The notes beneath the pieces are model-generated. The model was given only the letters and a program-made list of their open reading frames with translations, was not told the DNA's origin and ran no database searches. DNA of 64,000 bases from Magallana gigas (Eukaryota): contig NC_088857.1 of assembly GCF_963853765.1 (NCBI RefSeq), positions 29,202,001-29,266,000 of the forward strand, given 5' to 3'. The position numbers and the translations under genes were made by a program. Below, one piece after another: positions 13,242 through 26,037 of the stretch (the stretch's first letter is position 1; each line of letters begins with the position of its first letter).

Positions 13242-13976
13242 CAATTGTTTCCAAGGTTTTGCGAGCTAAGACCAAAATTTTGATATTCATAGTACAGTTT
13301 TAATAAGTATATACTTTTTAGTAACTGTTTGATTATATCTTTTTAGTACATTTCCGATATTTGCATTAAACACTTGTATATATCTATCAAACAATATGGG
13401 GGTATACATGTTTATTTGACTTAAGGATTCAATACGCAATTAAAAAAAATTAATTAAAGACAAGTGTGCTACGATATTGATAATAATAATGTTTAAAAGC
13501 AATTGCGACTTTCAAGTTGATGAAATGTGTAATTTATATCTGAAGAAAATATATAATAATATTCACGAATAGTCATGAAATGAAATGATTGTATTGCACA
13601 ACAATTATAAATTTAGGCTAGTGCCAGTTCTTGTTGTACATTGTGACATGAGCAACAGACAAGTGTTTATTTTAAAATAATTACTTTATAATTTGCTGAG
13701 GCAATTTTGAAAAAAATATATAATTGTTCAAAATGATAAACTTAAATTTCCCTTTAACGTTTTTATCTATCCAGTGATACACTGATTTACTTGCACTATC
13801 TTGAGAGAAGGATACTAGGTTTCTTATGCTTTAGTGAGCGACTGCTTTGTCAAATCTCGATATAACGAAGCGATTAACTCAAAAAATCTTAATAAAAAGG
13901 ACAGCTGGTACAGGTCAATACCATGTACAATATTTTGCTCTCCGATACTGTTCAGTTTTCTGATTGAAATGCGTAC

Positions 13977-14081
13977 TGTTTCTACCTGTTGTTTTTACTG
14001 TTGATGCAGTTGTTCTTGTCTTTGTTGTCGTCGATTGAGTTGACGTAGTTCTTGTTGTCAATGTTGTAGCCACCTTTAACA
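13977..14081 (-). CDS. Gene D stalk exon a (mucin-like)
   Basis: gtttattag|TG TTA AAG GTG...AGA AAC A|gtacgc; 105 nt, phase 1-1; LKVATTLTTRTTSTQSTTTKTRTTASTVKTTGRN. Confidence 0.8.
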
Positions 14082-14443
14082 CTAATAAACATTGATTGTA
14101 AGTATTTAAACAGCACACAAAACCATCAATAAAAGGCGTAACAAATAAAATTACTGTTTTAATTAAATATGTAAACAAAATACAAATCAGAAACAGGAAA
14201 TTTATCGTAACCTTTTAGCGCTCACAAAAATTTACCTATTACAGTACTTGAGACTTCAATTTTAACATGAAGGTAAAACAGGTTAATTGTCTAATACATC
14301 ATTAAAACATTTAAACTTTAATTATATATATGTCGATCAATCAATTTTCAAAATCAAAAAGATATCTTTCATCAATTGATTATTTAATAATGTCACGAAA
14401 TAAAATTTACTTTTTATACATTTCTTTCGAGATCATATTTTAC

Positions 14444-14600
14444 CTTTCAGTGTGAGTTGAAATCCTTTTGAAGTCAGCCTATTGTCGTTTGATATAAGTG
14501 TTATAAGCAGTCGATTTCCCCTTGCTATCCTGATAGTCGAGAGCTGACCACATTGTTTGAAAAGAGTAAAATGTGACCCCCAAGGGTTGATTTCTTGTAT
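14444..14600 (-). CDS. Gene D CUB domain exon 2
   Basis: gtcaattag|ATA CAA GAA...CTG AAA G|gtaaaa; 157 nt; IQEINPWGSHFTLFKQCGQLSTIRIARGNRLLITLISNDNRLTSKGFQLTLK. Same length as, and similar to, the gene C exon 29069-29225. Confidence 0.9.
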
Positions 14601-15213
14601 CTAATTGACGAACAATTACGAATTTATATTAATGTAAAGTTTTAGATTTACTCTTTGCAATTCTAGTTCATTATCTTTTAGACTTTTTTTATTGAGGGCA
14701 CGGGCAATGTAACACAGCATAAAAAGCCCATTCACAAGGTGAGACATGAGTGATATGAAAGGTCAATAAGCTTATATGTGAAGTTGATACAACTATAAAT
14801 TAGCCGAATAAAATGGGTTCATTACTCATATCATTTTCTTCTCTGGAACACTTATTCATTGTAATGAAAATTGCTTGTTTTTTAAAGTACATTTACATTT
14901 ATTTTCTGTTTTAAGTTAATTATATCAGTATCACAAAATAAACTACAGACCGTGACACATGTCTAAAACAAACTAATCACGCAGATTTTTTTTTATTTGA
15001 ATATTATAACATCAATGTTCATGAAAATATTTTTATCATAAACTGTTATTTTTCTTTTCAAAGAAAATAATACTGGAATATTTAAAGTTTATTTATGGTT
15101 TATGGTTTATAATCATCACACAAGACGACATTTTTATTTTATTTGTACGCTGTCGGGAATTTGTAGTTTAATCACCAAAGGCTGATATAAAGTTAAATTT
15201 GAAGGACACACAC

Positions 15214-15431
15214 CTGTAAATAGTCTTCGCATCGGAAACCCAGATTCCTATGGATGTCCGTCGTTATTTCTATTGAAATTTCTTCAGTGTCGTCACTTGC
15301 TATTACATACCATGTATAGTTTCTGTTTCTTTCGTAGTTTTTGTGTGGGTATCCCGGAGACTTGATGACTTCTTCCTTATTTCGCGACAAGCTAACAACT
15401 TTATATTGGTAGGGAACGCCTAATGTCGTAT
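15214..15431 (-). CDS. Gene D CUB domain exon 1
   Basis: ttatttcag|AT ACG...TTA CAG|gtgtgt; 218 nt; contains IKSPGYPHKNYERNRNYTWYV and CEDYLQ, typical of a CUB N-terminal half. Confidence 0.9.
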
Positions 15432-16746
15432 CTGAAATAACCAGACTAATTTCTTTTATCAGATAAATAGCGCCAATGTAACAACTGTATAGAGGTAATA
15501 AGCACCCAATCTTGTATCAGAAATTACCAGACGTTACCCGGTACTTTATATTGTAATTGTATGTAATAAAGAGGTTTAGCAGACCAACATGTACGCGTAC
15601 TTGTACGTGTAGGATACAAGTGAGAACTACGTGTACCAGTTCACATAACTTTTCTTTATGACAGTTGTAACGTGTACCTGTAGTGTAAATGTTTTAATGT
15701 AATTCTAGATAATCTTTCCTAATAAACTGAGAATTCTAGACACAGTCGAAAAGCAATAATTCTGCATGTGTTAATTTTTTATAAATCATTGTTTATACAT
15801 GCATATTTTTATTTATCACAGATGAATAAAATAACAGAACCATTGCATGATTTTGAGGAAGAGGAAGTTTTATGAAAATTTATGTTTGTTGATATCAGTA
15901 TTCGCATTAAATATTTAGGCTTAAGTACATGTACATATTTGATAAAATAAATAGCCAACAGGGAAAGAGAAGCTACAAGTTCACCTTACGGGTACTAAGA
16001 AATTTACACGTATATTCTTTCGGGTACATACGTGTAAAAATTCGTCACAACATAAACTGATAACGTAATGCACATATTTTCCTTCCTACAAGTACATGTA
16101 CACATACGCATACACGTTGGTTTGCTAAACCTCTCTATTTACTATCAAATGACTTGTAAAGGTTCATTCAAAAACATCTAATATTATTTTTTAAACTTTG
16201 TGGAAATCAGTATTCTCAGATTTTCACAAGATATTTTTTCAATGTTGAGTGAATATTGATAAAGTAAGGTTTTACTATTTCTAAGACCAGCATGATTCAA
16301 TCTATTAACAGAATGATCATTTGTAAATAAGGAAATAGGGATAAATAGGGAACACTTTCTTGTGCTAGCATTTCTTTTTTTAAGCTGAAAAAAATTGATA
16401 AAGTAAAGATAAGTAAACATTAAATACTTAAATTCCTCAACAGGATCATGAGATCAGATCAACATTGTTCTAATCATAAAATCTCTATCGATAAAATAAT
16501 ACCTAAAAATGACACGCGACTTCACATATTTTATATGCACATGAAACGCTTAGTCTTATTAACAAGACCCCCAATGGCCACAATTTTTACCCAAGCAACA
16601 GTGTTAAAAACTGTATTTAAATTTATTACTTCCGATAATTTACAATTTAAAAATGTTTAAAAGCAAACTAAATCATGGTTAAGAGTGTTGATACAATTAA
16701 TCATCTCTTTGAAGCAAAAATTACAAACAATTTATTACACAATAAC

Positions 16747-17089
16747 TTTCCCCAACCGTCGGTTTTTAATTAAATCTTTCAGAATAACTGTAAGAGATCA
16801 CATCGTGATCTGACTTTTGGGTGGCAATACAATTTTTGTAAGCACGGAGAAAATGAGCAAGAAAAAAGTCAGAGAAAAGAATTATTCATGGTTTTTTTTC
16901 ATTCGTTTATCAAGTGTTTCCCCAACCGTCGGTTTTTAATTAAATCTTTCAGAATAACTGTAAGAGATCACATCGTGATCTGACTTTTGGGTGGCAATAC
17001 AATTTTTGTAAGCACGGAGAAAATGAGCAAGAAAAAAGTCAGAGAAAAGAATTATTCATGGTTTTTTTTTATTCGTTTATCAAGTGTTT
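16747..17089. repeat. 170-bp near-perfect tandem duplication
   Basis: TTTCCCCAACCGTCGG... starts at 16747 and 16917; one difference in a poly-T run. Confidence 0.95.
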
Positions 17090-18929
17090 AAAATATGAAA
17101 GCAAAAAGCCGCATTATTATGTTTATGTACAATAAAATCTACTAAAGTTTAAACTTCTTACAACATATCCTCTTATTTTTAGATGTCGTCGGTCGTGTAA
17201 CACACCAAAAGGTGCAGACAAATTAAATACTGCGCAAATTTTAATGTTTTAGTAGAAATTATTCTATTTGTATATGTGTTTTAAAATAAAAAAAATTAAT
17301 ACCAAGAAAAACATAAGATCTTGTAAAAATCTTCATTTTATTAGGATTACCGTTATTCTATTCCCTTTTCTATTAATTAAGAGTTCCCCTCCAAGGAGTG
17401 TATAACAAACTTGACACTTTGATCTATTGTTTCGCAATTATTTTAATAGATGTGACCTAGAATTTTCAAACAAGTGTGTACATTATTTTTATTTATTTCT
17501 AAAGAACCTTTGAAACAAACTTTTGGCCCCTTTTTGGCCCGCTTAGGTTCATTGTTCGAACAAACTTGTATAAATTACATATAAGAAAGCTTTAAAGAGT
17601 AAAATTAAGGTTTTTTTACTTACCAAGATAAATCAGCATGAATATAGCCTTGAGATATGTAACAGCTATCATCTTTCTACAGGTAAGTAAACGATAGAGT
17701 TGAATGTTAAACGTCACTCTTGAAATCAACAATGGTCATATCAAGGATACTACCAGTATTGTATTAACAAACGAGGAAATAAGACATTGCAAAATTTGCC
17801 CACATTGATTTAAAATTGTATTCAATCGAAAATATATTTTATTAAATACAGCTGTAAAAAAAGATTACATAATCTGATATCTTTCTTCCCAGAATAGATC
17901 TAGAATATCTTTTTTTTGGTATGTTTAACTGTTATAAATTCGTTCCAACTTCGCACATTTATGTCGCTTTTGTGTTGTTTTCTAATTAAAATTTATACTG
18001 CAATTATAATTAAATAGTTAACAGTGCTGGATGGTCTCGGTTATTTTTGGGATCTATGTATCTCCCTTAAACAAAAAGCTATGTGTAAAGATATAAGAAA
18101 ATCTGATGGATAATTTTTTGACAACACAGCCTCCTTAAGTCACGTTCTCCTTTTAAATGTTTAATGTTATGCAACACACATTATGATTTTTTGAAACTGA
18201 ATTCAGTGCTCTATAAACATAAGACCGGAAACTTTCTAGTAAGTTATTATTTCTTCCAGGGTTTTCTTTATGACGGAAATCATCGGTTTGGCCAATTTGT
18301 GAAATACTTTTGTAATATCAATTAAGTTTTGGGGTTTTTAATTCAAGGAAGTTACTATTTCCGCGTTATGTTAGGAAGTGTTCATATTAAGCCCATTGTA
18401 AACTTTTCTCATACTTATTTTTTTCTCGTAAAAACGCATTATCGATAGAATTCATAAGTTTTTCTTAAGCTTCTAATACATTTTATCAGTTGCTTTAAAG
18501 CATATCAGTTTTACTCATTTTTATTTAGTAAGAACGCAGGGCCACAAATCAGAACGAATTTAATTCACTTATTTAGTCTTTGAAGATATATCGATGATCC
18601 TTTTTAAATTATTACAGTAAAAATTCGAGGTATTGACATTAGTTTTTTTGTGCCAATTGTTTCAATGCTTAAAACATATGTAAAAGTACAGTTAATGTGC
18701 AAATTGTATTCATTTAGTTTTACAATTTTGTAGTACAAAGATTCTGATTTAATTGTATTTTTTTTTATTGTTTATTCATTTTGTTTAGCTAAAATACTCT
18801 TTAAATTTGTGCATCAAATGCGTGTGATTAGGAAGACCACTCTCCGGTGCGAGAGGGTGTTCTTCCCAAACATCCGGCGCTAAAAAGGGCAAAGGTTGCG
18901 CCAAGTTTTGCCTCTCCTTAGTCAAGAGT

Positions 18930-19770
18930 TTCTCATCCGCTCTGCTCTTCATAAACCCTTGACCGAACTGGCAATACATAAGCTGGTTTACTTTTACTCG
19001 ATCTAACGAGTTTACACATTTTTTAAACTTTGGTGACCTCTTGGTTTGATCAATCAAATACATGTAGTGATTTGTGGTCTGTTTGGACATAATTTGTGAA
19101 TCCGCAATTTTTTTTAAGAGGACCTTGTTTCTATAACCCTAAATATTTGGCTCAAAAACCGTTAACATCCCCACCCTTAAATGATATATATTCTTGTTCC
19201 TTGTGTAATTTTGCATCACATGGTATGTATGTTATGGCCTTATGGGGTTGTCCCCCCCCCCTGAAAAAGGAAGTGTCCAAATATCTTTAAAACAGTTGAG
19301 ATTCCAACCCTAAACGATATATTCGTGTTCCTTATGTTAAGGAGTATCGAATGGTATGTAGGATATGGGCCCCGGGGTGCCCCTACCCTCCCTCGAACAG
19401 GAAGTGCCAAAATATTTTAAAAACGGTTGAGATCCCCACCCCTAAACCATATATATTCTTGTTCCTTCTGTTAAGGGGCATCAAATGATATATAGGTGAT
19501 GTGTACCGGGGGTGATCCCGACCCCCCCTTTAAACATGAAGTGCCCAAATTTTTGTAAACAGTTGAGATCCCCACCCCTAAATCATGATCGATACTTTTG
19601 TTCCTGATATACAGTAAATGACTCCCGGGGAACATCATCAAATTTCAGAAATAGAAATAATAAAGAATTAAATCTTTTTGTCTGTAAAGTTTGACCCATG
19701 TGGGTCATCCCTGCCCCCATTGATGGCCTCGTTCGTTAGGGAGACTTTATAATCGCCCCGATAATAATTA
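18930..19770 (+). mobile_element. HINE-like element with ~133-bp tandem repeats (19169-19606)
   Basis: Units CCCCACCCTAAACCATATATATTCTTGTTCC...CAGTTGAGAT; 3' GGGAGACTT subterminal motif near 19740. The same repeat family occurs at 52750-53070. Confidence 0.65.
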
Positions 19771-22700
19771 TATTTTGTTTTGCACATCTGCTTTTTACCA
19801 TTTTTTACCATTTTCTGTGCATACGATCTAAGTAGGGGTTGTGCAGCTTTGTACTGGAATAAATTCTCAAGGGAAATAGATTCGATACAAAAAAAAAATA
19901 ATAATTAATATTAATTAAAATTGTGCTGAAAATCATTTATTCATGATGATAGCATAAAAAATAATTTAACTTACAATGTTACATGTATATCACGTTTGAT
20001 CACAAATAATAAGTAAATAAATGAAACACTGGAATTTAAAAATGTATAGTGACTGCCTCGTATCCATACTTGCAGTTCTATGAGTTGAAATTTCAAATAA
20101 ATTGGAATATTTACTTAATTAAGGACGATTGACACGCTCAACAGTTGAAGTTTAAATTCAAAAGCCAGCGTAATACAAGCTAATATTTTTCCAATGAATT
20201 TCAATGAAATTATTAAGTTTGGGTAGTTAACTTTTAATATTTTCCACCTGAACACTTATTCATATTTACAGGTAACTCTCGATAACTTTTACTTCAGTGG
20301 ACCTTGATTCAACGTCGAGAGATCAAGCGTTCAACAGTTCGAAAGTTAAAAAAAAATCTGGAAATGTTTGTTTCATTCTTTTAAAAAAATGGTTCAAAAG
20401 CAGCCGTAGATTTACAGTCATATCATGGTATGATTGTCTAACATGGTTACAGGTACATTCGTATCTTTGTTTTACTTTGCATAAGGAAATTTGTCTATTT
20501 GTTATGTCATATATTTATTTTTTTCATAAAGGCATGTTCTATTTGACAGGTACCATAGACATGTACATGTTACAAATTTGGTTCATTTAGAAATGAAACT
20601 GATTTACAAGAAAATCTTGCGAACTGAAGATTTTTAGGTGAGCAAACATTTATCAATATTCTATGATATACCGTTTCGTTGTATTTAAGTTTTCTCGTCA
20701 GTATTTTTTTAGATAATTCTTGGTATTCCGCAGGAGACTTACCAAAAACGAAATAATCCACACTATCACGCACGATAACGCACGGTAAAATACGTAAACT
20801 ATTTTTTTTTTCGGATACAGGACGATCACGCACGGTGTACGAACGATTTTAAACACTACTGGCTTGTTAATAATTACGTTGTAATCACTGTTTCTCATCT
20901 TTGCCTTATTTTTTTTTTAAAAATTTACACTTGTGGAAGTTTTGTTTGCTTAAGTTTAAATTACTTTTTAGCCAAAATATATAGAACGTTAAGAATTTAT
21001 TTTTACATTTTGGTGTAATGATGCTTTAATAGTATTTCAGTATTATAAAATAGTTGTTTCTTCTATGTCAATTATTCTTTTTTGAATTGTTAATGTTCCA
21101 TTGAGCCTTTGAATGCTAAAAACGTTACATTCACTCTTTTACTACATATCAAAGATTGACAAAATACATCGTAGATGTGATTGATTCCCTCTCGTATAAT
21201 TTGATTCCTTAATCTTCGGTGAAACAACAACTAAATAATACAATACTTGATTTAGCAGGAATGTTCAGGTTTAAGCGGTTAAAATCATATTTTAGATAGC
21301 TGATATTCTCACACAAATAATGATTCCATTAAAAGACACAAAGCGTTTTCCAAATTGTGTTATACGTAATCAGTAACGCAGGTCATATATTCCTTTTAAA
21401 TAGTTAATTAGGTTAACTGCAACATTGCAAGCGATAACTTTTTCACCGAGTGTCTTACTTCTTTGTCATGTTTAAAAGTACAATTTAGTATGGATAAATC
21501 ATAAATAATTGATCAATAGATATATTGTATAGCTTTTCATATTTTAAACAACAAAATAACAAATGCGGTTTACATGTTATTATACTTGTTAGCATTGTAT
21601 TTAAGGGCACTGGAAACGTTCCTGGTTTCTGGACAATTTTTTTTTTTTTATAAATTCCTGAATGAATTTGTATGTGTCTATATAGACAACAACAGACACT
21701 ACAGACCCCTCTTTCCATCCTTATTTAAAAAAATATTTCCAAAAATATTAATTTCCCATTCAACATTGATTTCAATGTAATTCAAGGAACAAATCGCAAT
21801 AATTAAAATTTGAAAGAAGCAATATTTTGATAAGTGAGATATGTGATTATAAATTAAATGATACATATTATTGTAAATCGATTTTATATGATATCCTACT
21901 GATAATAAAGTGTGAACCTCAATTTGCTCTTTCCTATTGAAGAGTTACCGTCCTTGATTTGGTCGCCGTACCCACACAGTAAATAATAAAGATCATTAAC
22001 AATTATTTATACTTATCTCTGAGGTATCAAGAAAGAATATGGTTCTAATATTTTTGAATTCCTAGTTAACCTTTAGGCGTGTTCTAAAAGAGCAAAAGTA
22101 ACACACCATTATTTATTTTCAGAAATGTCTCTTTTACAAATTAATAATTATTAAAATGTGAGACATTGATAATTCTGGCTTAGCATTCAGGTTAGTTTAA
22201 TTTGGAAATATTCTCATTGTCCACAAAATAAAGTAGGTATGAATAGTTTATGTGTATATACACTGTAATATTCCATGCATATACATGTGTGTATTGTACT
22301 ATAATATTAAAACAATAGGTATGAAAATAAATGAATGAAAGACTTTCGGTCAATTGTCTTTTGTTAAAGAGTATCGGATAAATCAATGTTTGGTTTACTC
22401 TTTGTTTTCTGAGGCCCATGTTACCTGCTTGTTGATGCAGAGCGATATATAAATATCGCTTCATCTTTATACATGACATATTTTGTTTATCTCGGAAACA
22501 ATGCTTTTTCACCATAATATTAAAACAGAGCTCATATTACGGGAGATTACTCCCAGTTGGCAAACAATTCAAGAGGGGTAACTCTAATTCATTGTATATA
22601 AGAGAAAATGCAGGAGCGGAATTTTTAAATCCGGAGCACTTCGTTGCCAATGCCTTTAATTTTATATGGTATTATTTCAAGATAATTATAAACAGCAATT

Positions 22701-25012
22701 GCATATCTAGTGACAGTGTTGTGAAAATGGTTCTAGTTGCATATCCTCATTTGCCACAGAATATAGATATCATCCAAAGAACTTATATCTATACTACTAT
22801 ATTAAAAAAATAGACTCGAATTTTTGGGCTTTAATACAGAGAAATCAGAAGAGTACTGTGTTTTGTTTTATATATTTCAAACATCATAGGTACCTGAAGA
22901 TTACCAATTTGTTTTTATTTCTTCTCAATCAAGCTTCGCTAATTAATAATCAACGTTAATTTTGCGCATGCGCATTACATTCACGCTAAACTACGAGAGG
23001 CTCTTTAGTTTCTGTTTCCACAATATCACAATAGCATGGATAAACTCAGAAACGATAATACAAATACGTGTACTGTAAATTTTTATTGAAAATTTCCTAT
23101 ACACCGTATTCTGTTCATCAAAGAAAATACGGGAGATAACTCTAACTCGGTGCATTTATTATGAAAAATCCCGAGAGTTCCGAATGTCAATATGGTGTGT
23201 AATTATTGAAGGGAGTAAAAAATGTTGGTGAAAAAGTGTTGAATTCGAATTAAATTCTTAGATGAAAGGTATTTACAGCCTCAAAATGGTTTGTTTTGAA
23301 TAATTTGACTGTTATTTTTAATGCAGCTTCATTAATTTTCTCCAAAATCGTTTCGGAGCGATTCTGCAATTTTTTGCTACATTACGGGTATATGGGAAGC
23401 CTAGCTTTAAGTGTGGTGAAGGCCTGTCCCGAAACACTGATTATTCTAACTAAGCAGGGTGTAGTGAAATTAATAGCATTATTTTAAGCTTAAAGCTTGG
23501 TTATGTAAATGGCAACAATGCGGTGTGTCGATGTATCTATATAGTAAATGTCCGATATCATATTATGCAATGTCAACCCGTACACGCAGGGGTCAAAGTC
23601 TAGTATGATATTGGTCAAATGTGGCCCCCGTAATTCGCCATTTTTAAAGAGTTTCGGGTACATTAATTTGTTATGTTATCTTTTAGAAGACTTCACATAA
23701 ATTATGTTTTTCACCTATTTATTTTGGGATTTATAATGGGAAATTTAGATCGTCTCTTTGAACAAGAACGAATCTTTTGTCACTTATAAGTACTGGAGAC
23801 AATGTACTTTACATCTTTGGTGATAATAGTTTGTTTGTTCAAGCAATCACTCAATGAAAAACTGCTTGAAAACAAGCCGTTTTATGCTAAAAATGTGAAA
23901 AATGGCGGGAAAATGTAAAGTTTATGATGACATCTATACTTATAAATTAAGACATTTTGCAAATAAACTACAAAATGCCTGCACCAGAGAACTTGCTTAC
24001 ACCTTTGGTATTTAAACACATGTGTGATGATGTCCGTAAGGTATAATTAAATTTTAACTTATAATTTATTATTGTGAAATCAATCAAAAACATACTTTCA
24101 TTTTCGATAAACAAGCCCAAAGCAAAAATGAGAGTAAGGTGGTGGACACGCCTTGGCGGATCCAAGTAAGGGATAGCCTCGATCAAAATATATACTTGCA
24201 ATGAAATAATATTGAATGATTACGTAAAAAGTGAATATATTTACCGTGAGCCTATTTAAGGAAAACATAGACGTTAAGATTTTACATATGTCAAATTAAT
24301 AAAATGAGTCAATTCGTTTCTTTAGTGATCGATTTTACTTTTGATACTCAGTCGCTTGCAAAGCACGACCTCTGGTGAGAGAATGGGATAGAACTTCCAA
24401 GAACGGGGTAACTAAGAACGCGGATTGACTAATTAACGAAAAGTGTAGGACGAGTTTTTTATGCATCGCGGGCAAATACCTTGGATCAGACTTCGATTAA
24501 TACTAACATTTTATAAATAAAATGGAACAGTCATTGCGACTTTAGTATTCATGGAAAGAACTATCTAGAGCGGGGTGTCCAGAAACGGGTTGCCTAATTG
24601 ACAGCATGGCGGAAAGTGTAGGGCGAGTTAACAATCGGGCAGGTTTCAAATATGCATGCAAATGGACAACCTAGCGTGTCTTAATTTCATATATGGATAA
24701 ATGATGAATGCATAAAACGGGAAGTTTAATTCAATTCCCTCTCCAGATTGTTTATATCTGAAATTTTTATTTGTGACACTAATAGAAATTATATTGAAAG
24801 TTGACCAAAAGAATCAAATTTAGAGATAGATACACTAAAAACCTATTCACTGGTTTGAATTAAATACAATAAAAAGAACCAGATTTTTTTTATTTAGATT
24901 TTAGAAAAAATAAGATAAGGAAAATAACGGACAAAGCATATACAAAAATAAACAAAAATATATGGTTGAACATATTAAGCATTATATCATGATAAAGTAT
25001 AAAGTGTTATAT

Positions 25013-25039
25013 CCCGCGCTTGCGCGGGTTATCATCTAG
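25013..25039 (+). mobile_element. Canonical Helitron 3' terminus (5' end not located)
   Basis: GC-rich hairpin CCCGCGC-TT-GCGCGGG, then 7 nt, then CTAG followed by T. Confidence 0.7.
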
Positions 25040-25700
25040 TATTCTTAAATTGTGGGCAATGAAATCAAAATGAAAATTCTGAAAAAACTTCATATGTATA
25101 TCTGTACCAACAAAATAAACAATTACAGGGAAATGACGATGTTCATTTGAGGGGGCCATTTTAGGCTTATACCATATATAGTCCCTTAAAAGAATTAACC
25201 CATCTTTAACATACTTTATTATATCATACATAATGACACGTTCGTGTGGCATTTGTAAATTTTAGAGAGTTGTATGTGATCGTCAATAAGTACCAAAATT
25301 AAGTACTTTACTTAACAAGCAATCTTTGTTCCATTCCCACACGTGCAGCTCTATAAGTTAAACATTCTCAAAATATTTGGAATGGTACTAAAATTAAGTG
25401 CTATAATTCACAAGCGACCTTTGCTCCATTCCCATACGTGCAAGTCTCTAAATTAAGCATTCTCAAAACATTTGTAATAATAAGGCAATGGTGTCAAAAC
25501 ATTTGTAATAATAAGGCAATGGTGGTGTCCATCACAGAGATGTATTCACATTTAGAGGCTTGTTTGTTACAAGGAAAAATGTATTGATAATAAAAGGACA
25601 GGCACGCTCAGTATACGTAATTGCAATCAAAATCATCCAGCTGGAGTTACACTTGTACACCTGTACTCTTATTATTTCGGGACTGTAAAATAGTTATATC

Positions 25701-26037
25701 TCACTGGTTGTCTTTTTTTTCGTTTATTGGTCCTTTGAATGTTGAAAATGTTATAGCGGGAGCATCAGTCATGCTTCTCCTACAAAACGATGATCGCTGA
25801 AATACATTGTAAAAGGTATTCCCTGTCGTATAATTTGATTCCGTATCCTCGGCGACGTTGAGATGTGATCGGCGTTTAAATGTTGTATCGTATACACCTT
25901 CAGGAAGTTCGATATAAGGACTCTCATAGTCCGTCTTCCCGATGTCATCGATGGCAATTTCGTCATATACATTTGTTTCCTTGTAATTATTTTGTGTACG
26001 TTCTTGGTCATCGGTTTTCTCTATTGTTTTCCATTTT
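25701..26037 (-). CDS. Gene C last exon, cytoplasmic tail
   Basis: gacgtttag|A AAA TGG, phase 2, ends TGA; contains NVYDEI, DYESPYIEL, GVYDTT and TFYNVF. Confidence 0.85.

Noticed and set aside
21972-21996. Candidate signal exon for gene D (MIFIIYCV-G|gtacgg)
   Set aside because: It is too short for a signal peptide, has an in-frame stop just upstream and lies 6.5 kb from the CUB exon; unsupported.
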